Shown piece by piece: positions 18,435 to 25,421 of a stretch of DNA of 41,245 bases (position 1 is its first letter; the number at the start of each line of letters is the position of its first letter). The translations under genes and the position numbers were made by a program. The notes under the pieces are model-generated. The model saw only the letters and a list, made by a program, of their open reading frames with translations, was not told the origin of the DNA and ran no database searches. Source of the DNA: Acidimicrobiaceae bacterium (GTDB taxonomy: Bacteria > Actinomycetota > Acidimicrobiia > Acidimicrobiales > JACDCH01); contig JBEEFX010000315.1 of assembly GCA_041166365.1 (NCBI GenBank), forward strand, positions 1 through 41,245, read 5' to 3'.

Positions 18435-19318
18435 TTGGCGATCAAGGGCAGTCGGCGGCGACCGAGACGGAAGCCGAGCTCGCGATCGAGCGCATCGTTC
18501 GGCTCGATGACCTCGAAGCGCTTGCGCTGCCACGCGGCCTGCGATCCGTAGTGGCACATCAGCGCGAGCCGCGTTCCACGCTCGACGAAGCCGCCTCGGT
18601 GATAGCCCGCCGTGTTGGCGAACACGATCGTCCCGGACGGCCCCGTTGCGATCCGCCATGCCTCCCTCGGAACGCACGCGGCCATCGCGTCGTCGTCGAC
18701 ACGCGGCACGTAGGACGAAGGGGTCGCGGCCGGGGCGATGTCGTGCAACACGCCGCCGGGCTGCGTGCCCGGGATGTAGCCGAACGGGCCACCTTCCGGG
18801 CCGACGTCGTTCAGGTAGACGAAGCATTTCAACATGCGGCGGTCAGCCGGCCGGTCGCGGTGCCACAGCTGCGCGCCGGAAGGCTCACCGGAGATCGGGA
18901 CCGATCGCCACAACTTGCATTCGACGACTTGCACCGACAGGCCGAAGAACCCATCGGCGACGGCCAGGAGCTCGGGCGCCATCGTCAGCGCGAGCGACGG
19001 GTGCGTGTGGGACAGCCGGGGGAGATTGCCGAGCAGCGAGATCGGGCCCTCCTCGTCCACACCGGACCGGCCCGTGCTGTCGTTGTCCGGCACCATGGCG
19101 CGGAGCGCGTCGAACGCGGGCCGAGCCGATGGCAGCGCGTCGATGCTGCTCGTCGCCACGCCCTCCGACTGGAGCTCGACGAGGATACGAGCCACCTCGC
19201 TCGTCGCGGAGGCGGGCCGGCGCCGATGCGCGAGCGTCGGTCCGAGGTTGAAGCCCCAGCGCCAGAGCACCTCGCTCGATCCTCGTACCGTCCGCAGCAC
19301 CGACCATCGCACGCCCAT
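18431..19318 (-). CDS. Phytanoyl-CoA-dioxygenase (PhyH)-like Fe(II)/2-oxoglutarate-dependent oxygenase
   Basis: LWHRDRPADRRMLKCFVYLNDVGPEGGPFGYIPGTQ (HxD facial-triad motif in its usual PhyH context) and a distal TIVFANTAGYHRG histidine. Confidence 0.62.
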   Translation of the reverse strand: MGVRWSVLRTVRGSSEVLWRWGFNLGPTLAHRRRPASATSEVARILVELQSEGVATSSIDALPSARPAFDALRAMVPDNDSTGRSGVDEEGPISLLGNLPRLSHTHPSLALTMAPELLAVADGFFGLSVQVVECKLWRSVPISGEPSGAQLWHRDRPADRRMLKCFVYLNDVGPEGGPFGYIPGTQPGGVLHDIAPAATPSSYVPRVDDDAMAACVPREAWRIATGPSGTIVFANTAGYHRGGFVERGTRLALMCHYGSQAAWQRKRFEVIEPNDALDRELGFRLGRRRLPLIAK

Positions 19319-19329
19319 CGGCTACGCCG

Positions 19330-20349
19330 TCACGTGATCGCGCCGCGGTAGAGCGAGATGAGCTCCCGATCCGACAATGCGTGGTCGTTCTTGCGACCGA
19401 TGAAGTAGTAGCCGGACGCCGCGTCGTAGCCGCCTGGTCGGGTCGCGAGGAACGGGTCGAGATGCTTCAACGGGAACGCCAGCGCACTCCCCACGTTCCA
19501 GAGCACGCTCCGGAGGACACGCGAGCGGGGAAAGCTCACGAGGAAGTACTGGAACGACCACGCCAACGCCATGCCGGGCCCGCAGGCCGGCCCACTCTCC
19601 ACTTCGGCGAAATTCCGGAACAGCCGGCGATGGCCGAGGTGCGTGAATCGGGTGAAGTCGTAGCGACCCATGTGAACCTGTTGCATGAACGGCGTCTCGG
19701 CGAAGACGAGACCGTCCGGCTTCAGCACCCGGTGGATCTCCTCCACGCAGCGGTACGGGTCGGCGACGTGCTCGAGAACGGCTTGGACGATCACTCCGTC
19801 GAAGGAGTCGTCCTCGAACGGCACGTCGTGAGCGTCACAGATCAGCACTGTTCTGGGACCGAACGACACGTTGCTCTCGACGATCTCGATGCGCGGTTCC
19901 TGTGCGAGCGCGTCCATTCCCCGGCCGAGCTCGAGGCCTCCCCCGAGGACGAGCAACCGAGGGCTGTCGTTCTGCTCGACGAGCAGCTGGGCGAGCGTGG
20001 CGCAGTTCTTCGCTGCGTTCAGGTTCTTGCTCGTGCTCGGGATGGCGCGCTTGATCCGTCGTCGAAGCCGGCGACCCCGGCTGGCCGCGGCCTGCCGGTT
20101 CAGCTCCGGTCGCCGCGACTCGACCAGCTCGGCGGTCGTGAAGATGCTGTTGCTCTCGTTGAGCAGCACGGGGACACCGTCGACGATCGGAAAGGTGGTG
20201 GCGCACGCCTCGTCGACGCAATGGAACTCGGACGCGATCTGCTCGAGCCCGGCTCGGCACACCGGACAGCGGAGTCGCTCGACCACCGCGGGCTCGAGCC
20301 TCACATCGGCGAGCGGGGTGCGCGGTTCGATCATCGGAACGACTGCCAT
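19330..20349 (-). CDS. Class I SAM-dependent methyltransferase with N-terminal Trm112-like zinc-ribbon
   Basis: Start at MAVVPMIEP (ATG 20349). The N-terminus has RLRCPVCRAGLEQIASEFHCVDEACATTFPIVDGVPVLL (CxxC...C..C ribbon). A methyltransferase core follows: LLVLGGGLELGRG, CDAHDVPFEDDSFDGVIVQAVLEHVADP, VLKPDGLVFAETP. Confidence 0.75.
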   Translation of the reverse strand: MAVVPMIEPRTPLADVRLEPAVVERLRCPVCRAGLEQIASEFHCVDEACATTFPIVDGVPVLLNESNSIFTTAELVESRRPELNRQAAASRGRRLRRRIKRAIPSTSKNLNAAKNCATLAQLLVEQNDSPRLLVLGGGLELGRGMDALAQEPRIEIVESNVSFGPRTVLICDAHDVPFEDDSFDGVIVQAVLEHVADPYRCVEEIHRVLKPDGLVFAETPFMQQVHMGRYDFTRFTHLGHRRLFRNFAEVESGPACGPGMALAWSFQYFLVSFPRSRVLRSVLWNVGSALAFPLKHLDPFLATRPGGYDAASGYYFIGRKNDHALSDRELISLYRGAIT

Positions 20350-20351
20350 CG

Positions 20352-21131
20352 TCAGGCGACCTTGATCATCTTCATGACGACGTACCGCGCATACCGGCGC
20401 GTTGCCGGCCAGCGACGGAAGATCGCCTGATCGACACGGGCAAGGTTCGGAAGACGAACCTTCCACGCATACGGAAACGCGCGTTCCACCATGGACAGGA
20501 GCTGCAATTCCTGCCACTCGTAGATTCCGGCCCAGGAACCCCAAGCACGCAGCTCGGCGTCGTCGAACGGATGGTCGTCGCCGACGGGGTTCTTGTTGGG
20601 GTACGGCACGTGATCGCGGACGTACGACAGCACTGGGTTGATCCCGAGCGGTTCGATGAAGCACGCCCGTCCTCCCGGCACGAGCATCCGTTCGAGATGC
20701 GGTGCGGCGAGCGTTGCGTCGAGGTGATGCAAGATCGCCCGGCCGAAGATGATGTCGAACGACTGATCGTCGAAGGGCGGATCCTCGGCGTTCGCAACTT
20801 GGAGACGCACGTCGCGGAATCCGTTGGCGTCACAACGCCTCCGAGCCAGGTCGACGCTACCTGCCGAGATGTCGAAGCTCGTGACCTGCGCGCCGGATGC
20901 CGCCAGGAGCACGGTGAGGAACCCCGAGCCGCAGCCGTACTCGAGCACCCGCATCCCACGGAGGTCGCCCATGAATGCGCGGACGCCCACTGACAGCGAA
21001 TCGCGTTCGCAATACGCCGCGAAGTTGTCGCCAGGCGACATCAGCAGGCTCTGGTCGGCCTTCGCCGCCGAGACCGCGTCCCACTTCTCTGCTTCGCGTT
21101 CGGCGATCACTGCTCGTTGCGCGGCGGTCAT
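20352..21131 (-). CDS. Class I SAM-dependent methyltransferase
   Basis: MRVLEYGCGSGFLTVLLAASGAQVTSFDIS (motif I), ANAEDPPFDDQSFDIIFGRAILHHL and LVPGGRACFIEP. ATG 21131 in an ATGA overlap with the upstream stop. Confidence 0.82.
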   Translation of the reverse strand: MTAAQRAVIAEREAEKWDAVSAAKADQSLLMSPGDNFAAYCERDSLSVGVRAFMGDLRGMRVLEYGCGSGFLTVLLAASGAQVTSFDISAGSVDLARRRCDANGFRDVRLQVANAEDPPFDDQSFDIIFGRAILHHLDATLAAPHLERMLVPGGRACFIEPLGINPVLSYVRDHVPYPNKNPVGDDHPFDDAELRAWGSWAGIYEWQELQLLSMVERAFPYAWKVRLPNLARVDQAIFRRWPATRRYARYVVMKMIKVA

Positions 21132-23710
21132 GGCAGGTAGAACTTCCACCGGTCGAACACCGCGGTCCACGGCGTCGACGCGGTCGACGACACCACCACA
21201 CCGGACAGCGACGCCTGGTTGAACCAGAGCTGTTGGTGCACGACGTCGAAGATGTTGCTACCGACCACGGTGCCCGAGTTGGTGCCGTCCGTGCGGTAGA
21301 CGACGTACTGGTAGCCGATCCGAGCGGTGCCCGCGAACAGACGCAGGGTCAGGTCGACGTAGCGCACCGTCGCGCAGTCACTCACCGGTGCTGTCGCGAG
21401 CACGGATCGGACGCCGAGCTCCTCCTTGATCACCTGGACCTCGGTCGCCGCGCCGGCGTTGGCAATGACGAGCTTGTACGTGTGGTCCTGGTCGGGACCG
21501 AAGAACACGCCGGCTTCGGTGCGACCGTCGCTCGGAAGGCACAACGGTCCGTTCAGCCTCACCGAGACCCGCTGGTTGTCCGCCTCCGTCGCGTCGATGA
21601 CGTTCGCCAGCATGTTCGCCTGGTTGTTCGCCGTACCGTCAGTGGTCCCCGGACGGGCCGTGATCGACAACGTTCCGGCAGACGGCGACAGCAGGAGGTC
21701 AGCGGGCACATGGCCCGTCGCCGGCCCGACGACGGTCTTGAAACCGGTACCGAGCCCGTTGCGGTCCGCGAGCGTTCCCGCGGTTGCGGTGGAGAACGTG
21801 CGCTCGAGTGGCGTGCTCGCACCATTCGTGGGGAACGTCGGCGCGACGTTCGTCATCAGCCACATCAAGTCGTTGTAATCCCAGTTCTTCGCACTGTCGC
21901 CGGTGGGGTCGAACAGCACGAGGTACGCGTTCGGGATCAGCGCGCCGCTGGGATCGCGAGCGGGATAGAAGCGGAAGTTGTGCAGGTTGTACTTGTTGAA
22001 CCGCTCGTCGGAGAAGTCCGAGTAGTAGCTGTACAGGCCGAACACCCCCGAAGGCGTGAACGACGTGTCACCGCGGACCTCGGGGAACAAGCGTTGGTTC
22101 TGCCCACCGCTGATGTCGGACCCTCCCGGATACGTCATCACGAAGTGACGCGTCGGGACCGCGGTCTGAGAGGGAGGCGCGAAGTTGGCCCAACCGGTGG
22201 CACCCTGCTCGAAGTCGACGCGGTTCGAGAACTTGGCGAGCGGCACCATCCCGACCGGTGCGTTCGTGTCGACGCGCTGCCAGTACGGCGAGATGATCTC
22301 GTCACCCTTCGGCAGTTCGCAGTCGGCGCGCTCGACGGAGCCGGTCTGCTGGCACGACTTGTAGCCGGACCACCCGACGTTCGTGGTGTACCCCAGGAGG
22401 TCCACGATCGCGGCGACGCTCGGCTCCAAACTGCCCTCGTAGCCATCAGCGTTGAGGCCCCGCAACGCCACCTGCGTCGTCGGCGTGGCTTGGTCGGACG
22501 AAGAGACCGTCAACGTGGCGAAGTTCTCGACTCCTTGCGCGGTCGGGCGGAACTCGATCGCCACCGGCCGGGTCTCGCCCGCCGGCACGACGAACGACGA
22601 GGGTTGTCCCGCCGCGAGTTGGAAGTCGGCGGCGTCCGGCCCACTGATCGCCAGCCCGTTCACGTTGAGCGGACCGGGACCGTTGTTGCGCACCGTCAGG
22701 CTCTTGCCCGGTCGGGCCTCGTTGGCGACGGTGCTGAACACCAGCCGCAGGCCCGTGCGAAGACGGTCCTCCGGACTGGTGACCTGGATCGAGCCGCTCG
22801 CCGAGACGCCCGTCGAGAAGGACGACGCAAACGGTTGGAACGGGTCGGCCGTCGGCGTGCGCAGCGCGCTCGTCACCGCGACCTGATACGTAGCGAGACT
22901 GGCGAGCGGCGCGGTCGGGTCGAAGGTGATGGTCCCGCTCGGGCCGTCCGTGGCATACGCGCCGGCGACGGGGCCGTCTGGCCCGGTGACGCTCACCGAC
23001 GAGCTCGAGACCGACGCGGGATCGATCGCCTGGTTGGCGGTGATCTGGATGTTCGCGGTCTCGGAGACGCCCGAGGCGCTATCGGTCGGCACCACCGCCG
23101 CCACCCGTGGGGTGACGTCGACGATGTCGATGTAGCACAGCTTCGTCTGCGTGCCGCCCGTGGGATCGAGCGTGAGACGTCCGTCGGTGACCGTGACACG
23201 CTTGGTCGCGGTCAGGTACAGGTTCGACGTCGTCGGCACGAAGTTGTCGACGAGCACCACACCGCCGTCGGCGGTGAGCCGATGGACGGAGTCGGTGTAG
23301 CTCGGGTCGCCGACGGCCACGGTGACCTCATAGGTGCCGTTCGGCAGCGCGTGCTCCCAACGACCGGGCGTCGTCACGCCATTCGTGCCCTGGTATTGCA
23401 TGTTGACGTGCGTGTCGAGCCGTTCGTCGTCGAGATTCACGTTTCGGTTGCGCCCGTTCCCGACGAGCGAGAGTGGATCGGAGGTGTCGACGCGGACCCA
23501 GCCGTAGCCACGCGTGGCGTCATACGGCTGGCCGTAGTCGCGGACGTAGCCGGCAGGCACCGGGCCGGTGTCCCGCTGGAAGTTCACACGGTCGACGTAT
23601 CCGCCCGCGGCGGCCGCTGGTGCGACCGACGTGATCAGCGGGATCGTCAATGCTCCGAGGAAGGACAACGCCGCGAGCGCTGCTCGACCGCTTCTCAAAG
23701 ATTTCGTCAT
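21128..23710 (-). CDS. Secreted 860-aa multidomain protein: carbohydrate-binding-like module, Ig-like (Big_5/SbsA-type) repeat, ASH/choice-of-anchor-D-like domain, DUF4114-like segment, C-terminal beta-sandwich-like domain
   Basis: Signal peptide MTKSLRSGRAALAALSFLGALTIPLITSVAPAAAA. The N-terminal module (RGYGW, VTVAVGDPSYTD, VTVTDGRLTLDPTGGTQTKLCYI) is paralogous to 4105-5790. AAVVPTDSASGVSETANIQITANQAIDPASV...VSVTGPDG looks Ig-like. LTVRNNGPGPLNVNGLAISGPDAADFQL looks ASH/choice-of-anchor-D-like. NWDYNDLMWLMTNV is a DUF4114-like motif. All domain names are tentative. Confidence 0.72.
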   Translation of the reverse strand: MTKSLRSGRAALAALSFLGALTIPLITSVAPAAAAGGYVDRVNFQRDTGPVPAGYVRDYGQPYDATRGYGWVRVDTSDPLSLVGNGRNRNVNLDDERLDTHVNMQYQGTNGVTTPGRWEHALPNGTYEVTVAVGDPSYTDSVHRLTADGGVVLVDNFVPTTSNLYLTATKRVTVTDGRLTLDPTGGTQTKLCYIDIVDVTPRVAAVVPTDSASGVSETANIQITANQAIDPASVSSSSVSVTGPDGPVAGAYATDGPSGTITFDPTAPLASLATYQVAVTSALRTPTADPFQPFASSFSTGVSASGSIQVTSPEDRLRTGLRLVFSTVANEARPGKSLTVRNNGPGPLNVNGLAISGPDAADFQLAAGQPSSFVVPAGETRPVAIEFRPTAQGVENFATLTVSSSDQATPTTQVALRGLNADGYEGSLEPSVAAIVDLLGYTTNVGWSGYKSCQQTGSVERADCELPKGDEIISPYWQRVDTNAPVGMVPLAKFSNRVDFEQGATGWANFAPPSQTAVPTRHFVMTYPGGSDISGGQNQRLFPEVRGDTSFTPSGVFGLYSYYSDFSDERFNKYNLHNFRFYPARDPSGALIPNAYLVLFDPTGDSAKNWDYNDLMWLMTNVAPTFPTNGASTPLERTFSTATAGTLADRNGLGTGFKTVVGPATGHVPADLLLSPSAGTLSITARPGTTDGTANNQANMLANVIDATEADNQRVSVRLNGPLCLPSDGRTEAGVFFGPDQDHTYKLVIANAGAATEVQVIKEELGVRSVLATAPVSDCATVRYVDLTLRLFAGTARIGYQYVVYRTDGTNSGTVVGSNIFDVVHQQLWFNQASLSGVVVSSTASTPWTAVFDRWKFYLP

Positions 23711-24336
23711 GCTCCATCTCTCTTCATGACTGACGCGAAGGTCGAAGTCACGACCTTCACGTCAGTGAAAAACGACATGTCCCGGATGTACGCGAGATCC
23801 ATCCGCAGGCGTTCGTCGAACGTTGCGGAGTTGCGCCCCTTCACCTGCCAGTAGCCGGTGATGCCCGGACGCACCTCGAGCCGCGCGGTGTGCCACAGGT
23901 CATAGGTGTCGACGGCGAACGACGTCGGCCGCGGGCCGACCAAGCTCATGTCGCCGACGAGGACATTCCACAACTGCGGCAGCTCGTCCAAGCTGGTCTT
24001 ACGAAGAAACTTTCCGAGGCGCGTGATCCGCGGATCGTCGATGAGCTTGAAGTCCGGCCACGGGACGATCGAGAGATGCCGCAGCTCGGCCTTGAGCTCT
24101 TCGGCATTCCGGACCATCGTGCGGAACTTGAGCATCCGGAAGCGACGGCCGTGCAGCCCGGTGCGTTCGGCCGCATACACGACCGGGCCGGGCGATTCGA
24201 TGCGAATGGCCAGCGCGATGAGAAGGAGCGTCGGGGAGATCAGGATGAGCCCGACGAGGGCGACCAAGATGTCGATGGCGCGCTTCACCGGGGCGTAGCG
24301 AATCGATGGCATCTCGATGGCCGAAATCGCACTCAT
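23707..24336 (-). CDS. Polyprenyl-phosphate sugar-1-phosphate transferase (small 'bacterial sugar transferase', PglC/WcaJ C-terminal type); priming enzyme
   Basis: KRAIDILVALVGLILISPTLLLIALAIRIESPGPVVY, RFRMLKFRTM, DELPQLWNVLVGDMSLVGPRP and RPGITGYWQV are the canonical motifs of this family. ATG in an ATGA overlap on both sides. Confidence 0.9.
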   Translation of the reverse strand: MSAISAIEMPSIRYAPVKRAIDILVALVGLILISPTLLLIALAIRIESPGPVVYAAERTGLHGRRFRMLKFRTMVRNAEELKAELRHLSIVPWPDFKLIDDPRITRLGKFLRKTSLDELPQLWNVLVGDMSLVGPRPTSFAVDTYDLWHTARLEVRPGITGYWQVKGRNSATFDERLRMDLAYIRDMSFFTDVKVVTSTFASVMKRDGA

Positions 24337-25028
24337 GACGCGCCCCGCATCTGGTCCGCACCAGGCGTTTCGCTCTGCAGCTCAGCCTTGTTCCGCAGGT
24401 CGATGACGAGATCTGCCGTCTCGGGTGCTGTGCGGCGACCGGACCCAGCGGCGCGGCCTGGACCCAGGTGCACACCGTCGAGCGCCGCGAGCAACGCACC
24501 ACACGTCATGCCGTCTTCCGGGAACGTCGCGATGGTCATGAACCCAGCAGTTCGTTCCGAGGCGAGCATCTCCTGCAATCGGCGCGCCGCGTATTCGGAC
24601 CCCTCTCGCCCCTCCTCCGGGAGCAGCAGATAGGTGTCCAACTGGTCCGACCACATGAAGTCCGACTCGCGCACCACCGACGCCAGCCGCGCCTCGGCGT
24701 CGGCGAAAGCTTTGAAGCGGATGATCGAAAGATGCAGTTCATGCCGTCGCGCGCGCGCGAGCTCGCGATGCAGGATGTCGGTCCCCTCGTTGCCGCCGGT
24801 CGACGGGGTACGCGCCGCCTTCGGCCGCTGTTGACCATCGAACGCGCGCAGGAGAACGCAGAACGTGGTGGCGCCGCCGAACGCGGCGACGAGAATCGAC
24901 ACGGAGGGTGAGGTCTGCACGATGATGAACGACCCGAGGAGTGCTATCTCGCCCACGAGTAGTGCCGCCCAACGGCCGCCCAGCCGCTTCAGGGGTGGGT
25001 GACTGACCCCACTGCTATGGCGTGTCAT
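24333..25028 (-). CDS. Membrane protein with degenerate GGDEF-like cytoplasmic domain (first gene of the operon); possible c-di-GMP-binding regulator
   Basis: Start set at MTRHSSG (ATG 25028, GGGGA 9 nt upstream). There are two hydrophobic helices (AALLVGEIALLGSFIIVQ, SILVAAFGGATTFCVLLRAF). Then RRHELHLSIIRFKAF...VRESDFMWSDQLDTYLLLPEEGREGSEYAARRLQEML aligns in length and pattern with R-x-x-D-(5)-GGDEF-x-x-x-L-P of GGDEF domains. QLDTY sits at the GGDEF position and an RESD at the I-site position. The upstream substrate and metal-binding block is missing. Confidence 0.55.
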   Translation of the reverse strand: MTRHSSGVSHPPLKRLGGRWAALLVGEIALLGSFIIVQTSPSVSILVAAFGGATTFCVLLRAFDGQQRPKAARTPSTGGNEGTDILHRELARARRHELHLSIIRFKAFADAEARLASVVRESDFMWSDQLDTYLLLPEEGREGSEYAARRLQEMLASERTAGFMTIATFPEDGMTCGALLAALDGVHLGPGRAAGSGRRTAPETADLVIDLRNKAELQSETPGADQMRGAS

Positions 25029-25297
25029 TGAATTCCCCAGACTGAATCGCCGCCGCGACTTCGTACGGTGAGCTTCGCAATTCGCTGTTGTACGGACGAA
25101 AGCGACGTTACGGGCTCGATGTTGCTGACAGATGACGACTGTGTCAACTGCAAGAACACACACCGTGTTCATTCGTTCGCAGGCGATGACTTTCCTGCTC
25201 GCGCGACGAGCAGTTCACCGCACGCTCCGCGCGGCCAACGCGGCGTGCCGTGATTCGCGCAGAGCGTGCTGAAGACGTGCACGCGCTCAAGAAGGGG
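25029..25297 (-). promoter_or_regulatory. Promoter/leader region of the glycan operon (AT-richer intergenic region with a TTGACA hexamer and several inverted repeats)
   Basis: This is the only sizeable non-coding stretch adjacent to the operon. The minus strand has TTGACA at 25147-25142. Inverted repeats: TGACA-N11-TGTCA (25126-25146), GAACAC-N5-GTGTTC (25154-25170) and the palindrome CGTGCACG (25276-25283). No convincing -10 hexamer sits at 17-18 nt spacing (CAACAT). Confidence 0.35.
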
Positions 25298-25369
25298 CGC
25301 CCCCGGCGCGACTCGAACGCGCGCACACGGCTCCGGAGGCCGATGCTCTATCCACTGAGCTACGGGGGC
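25298..25369 (-). tRNA. tRNA-Arg (anticodon CCG), 72 nt, no encoded CCA
   Basis: Reverse complement folds as a cloverleaf: acceptor GCCCCCG/CGGGGGC, D arm GCTC-AGTGGATA-GAGC, anticodon arm TCGGC-CTCCGGA-GCCGT (U33, anticodon CCG, G37), 4-nt variable loop, T arm GCGCG-TTCGAGT-CGCGC, discriminator G. Confidence 0.9.
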
Positions 25370-25421
25370 GAGGAAGCGATGCTAGTTGTCGTGTTCCGCG
25401 AGCCCGTCGAGAGTCCGTCGG

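Noticed and set aside
20975-23854. 959-aa ORF on the plus strand, the longest ORF in the track.
   Set aside because: It lies antisense to the well-supported 860-aa secreted protein and the flanking genes. The translation is Arg/Gly/Asp/Val-rich with no motif, which is typical of a high-GC shadow frame. The same reasoning rejects 4306-5766(-), 6629-8122(+), 6792-8057(-), 11736-13280(+), 1650-3038(+), 27368-28639(+), 32951-34189(-), 34030-35331(+), 15413-16585(+), 17685-18551(+), 19381-20430(+), 25386-26828(+), 39966-40853(+) and similar ORFs.
25068-25253. 61-aa Cys-containing ORF (MSFAIRCCTDESD...CVNCKN...) on the plus strand inside the operon control region.
   Set aside because: Third-position G/C usage, judged by eye, is clearly weaker than in neighbouring genes. 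There is no SD and no recognisable motif, and it overlaps the inverted repeats that more plausibly explain the region. It is kept only as a remote possibility.
5829-25369. The idea that the glycan locus is a genomic island integrated at the 3' end of tRNA-Arg(CCG).
   Set aside because: No integrase or recombinase gene, no IS element, and no direct repeat of the tRNA 3' end is visible at the distal boundary (3.6-5.8 kb). Apart from the promoter region, the base composition does not look different from the flanks by eye. It would need a proper GC/codon-usage computation and comparative genomics to revisit.
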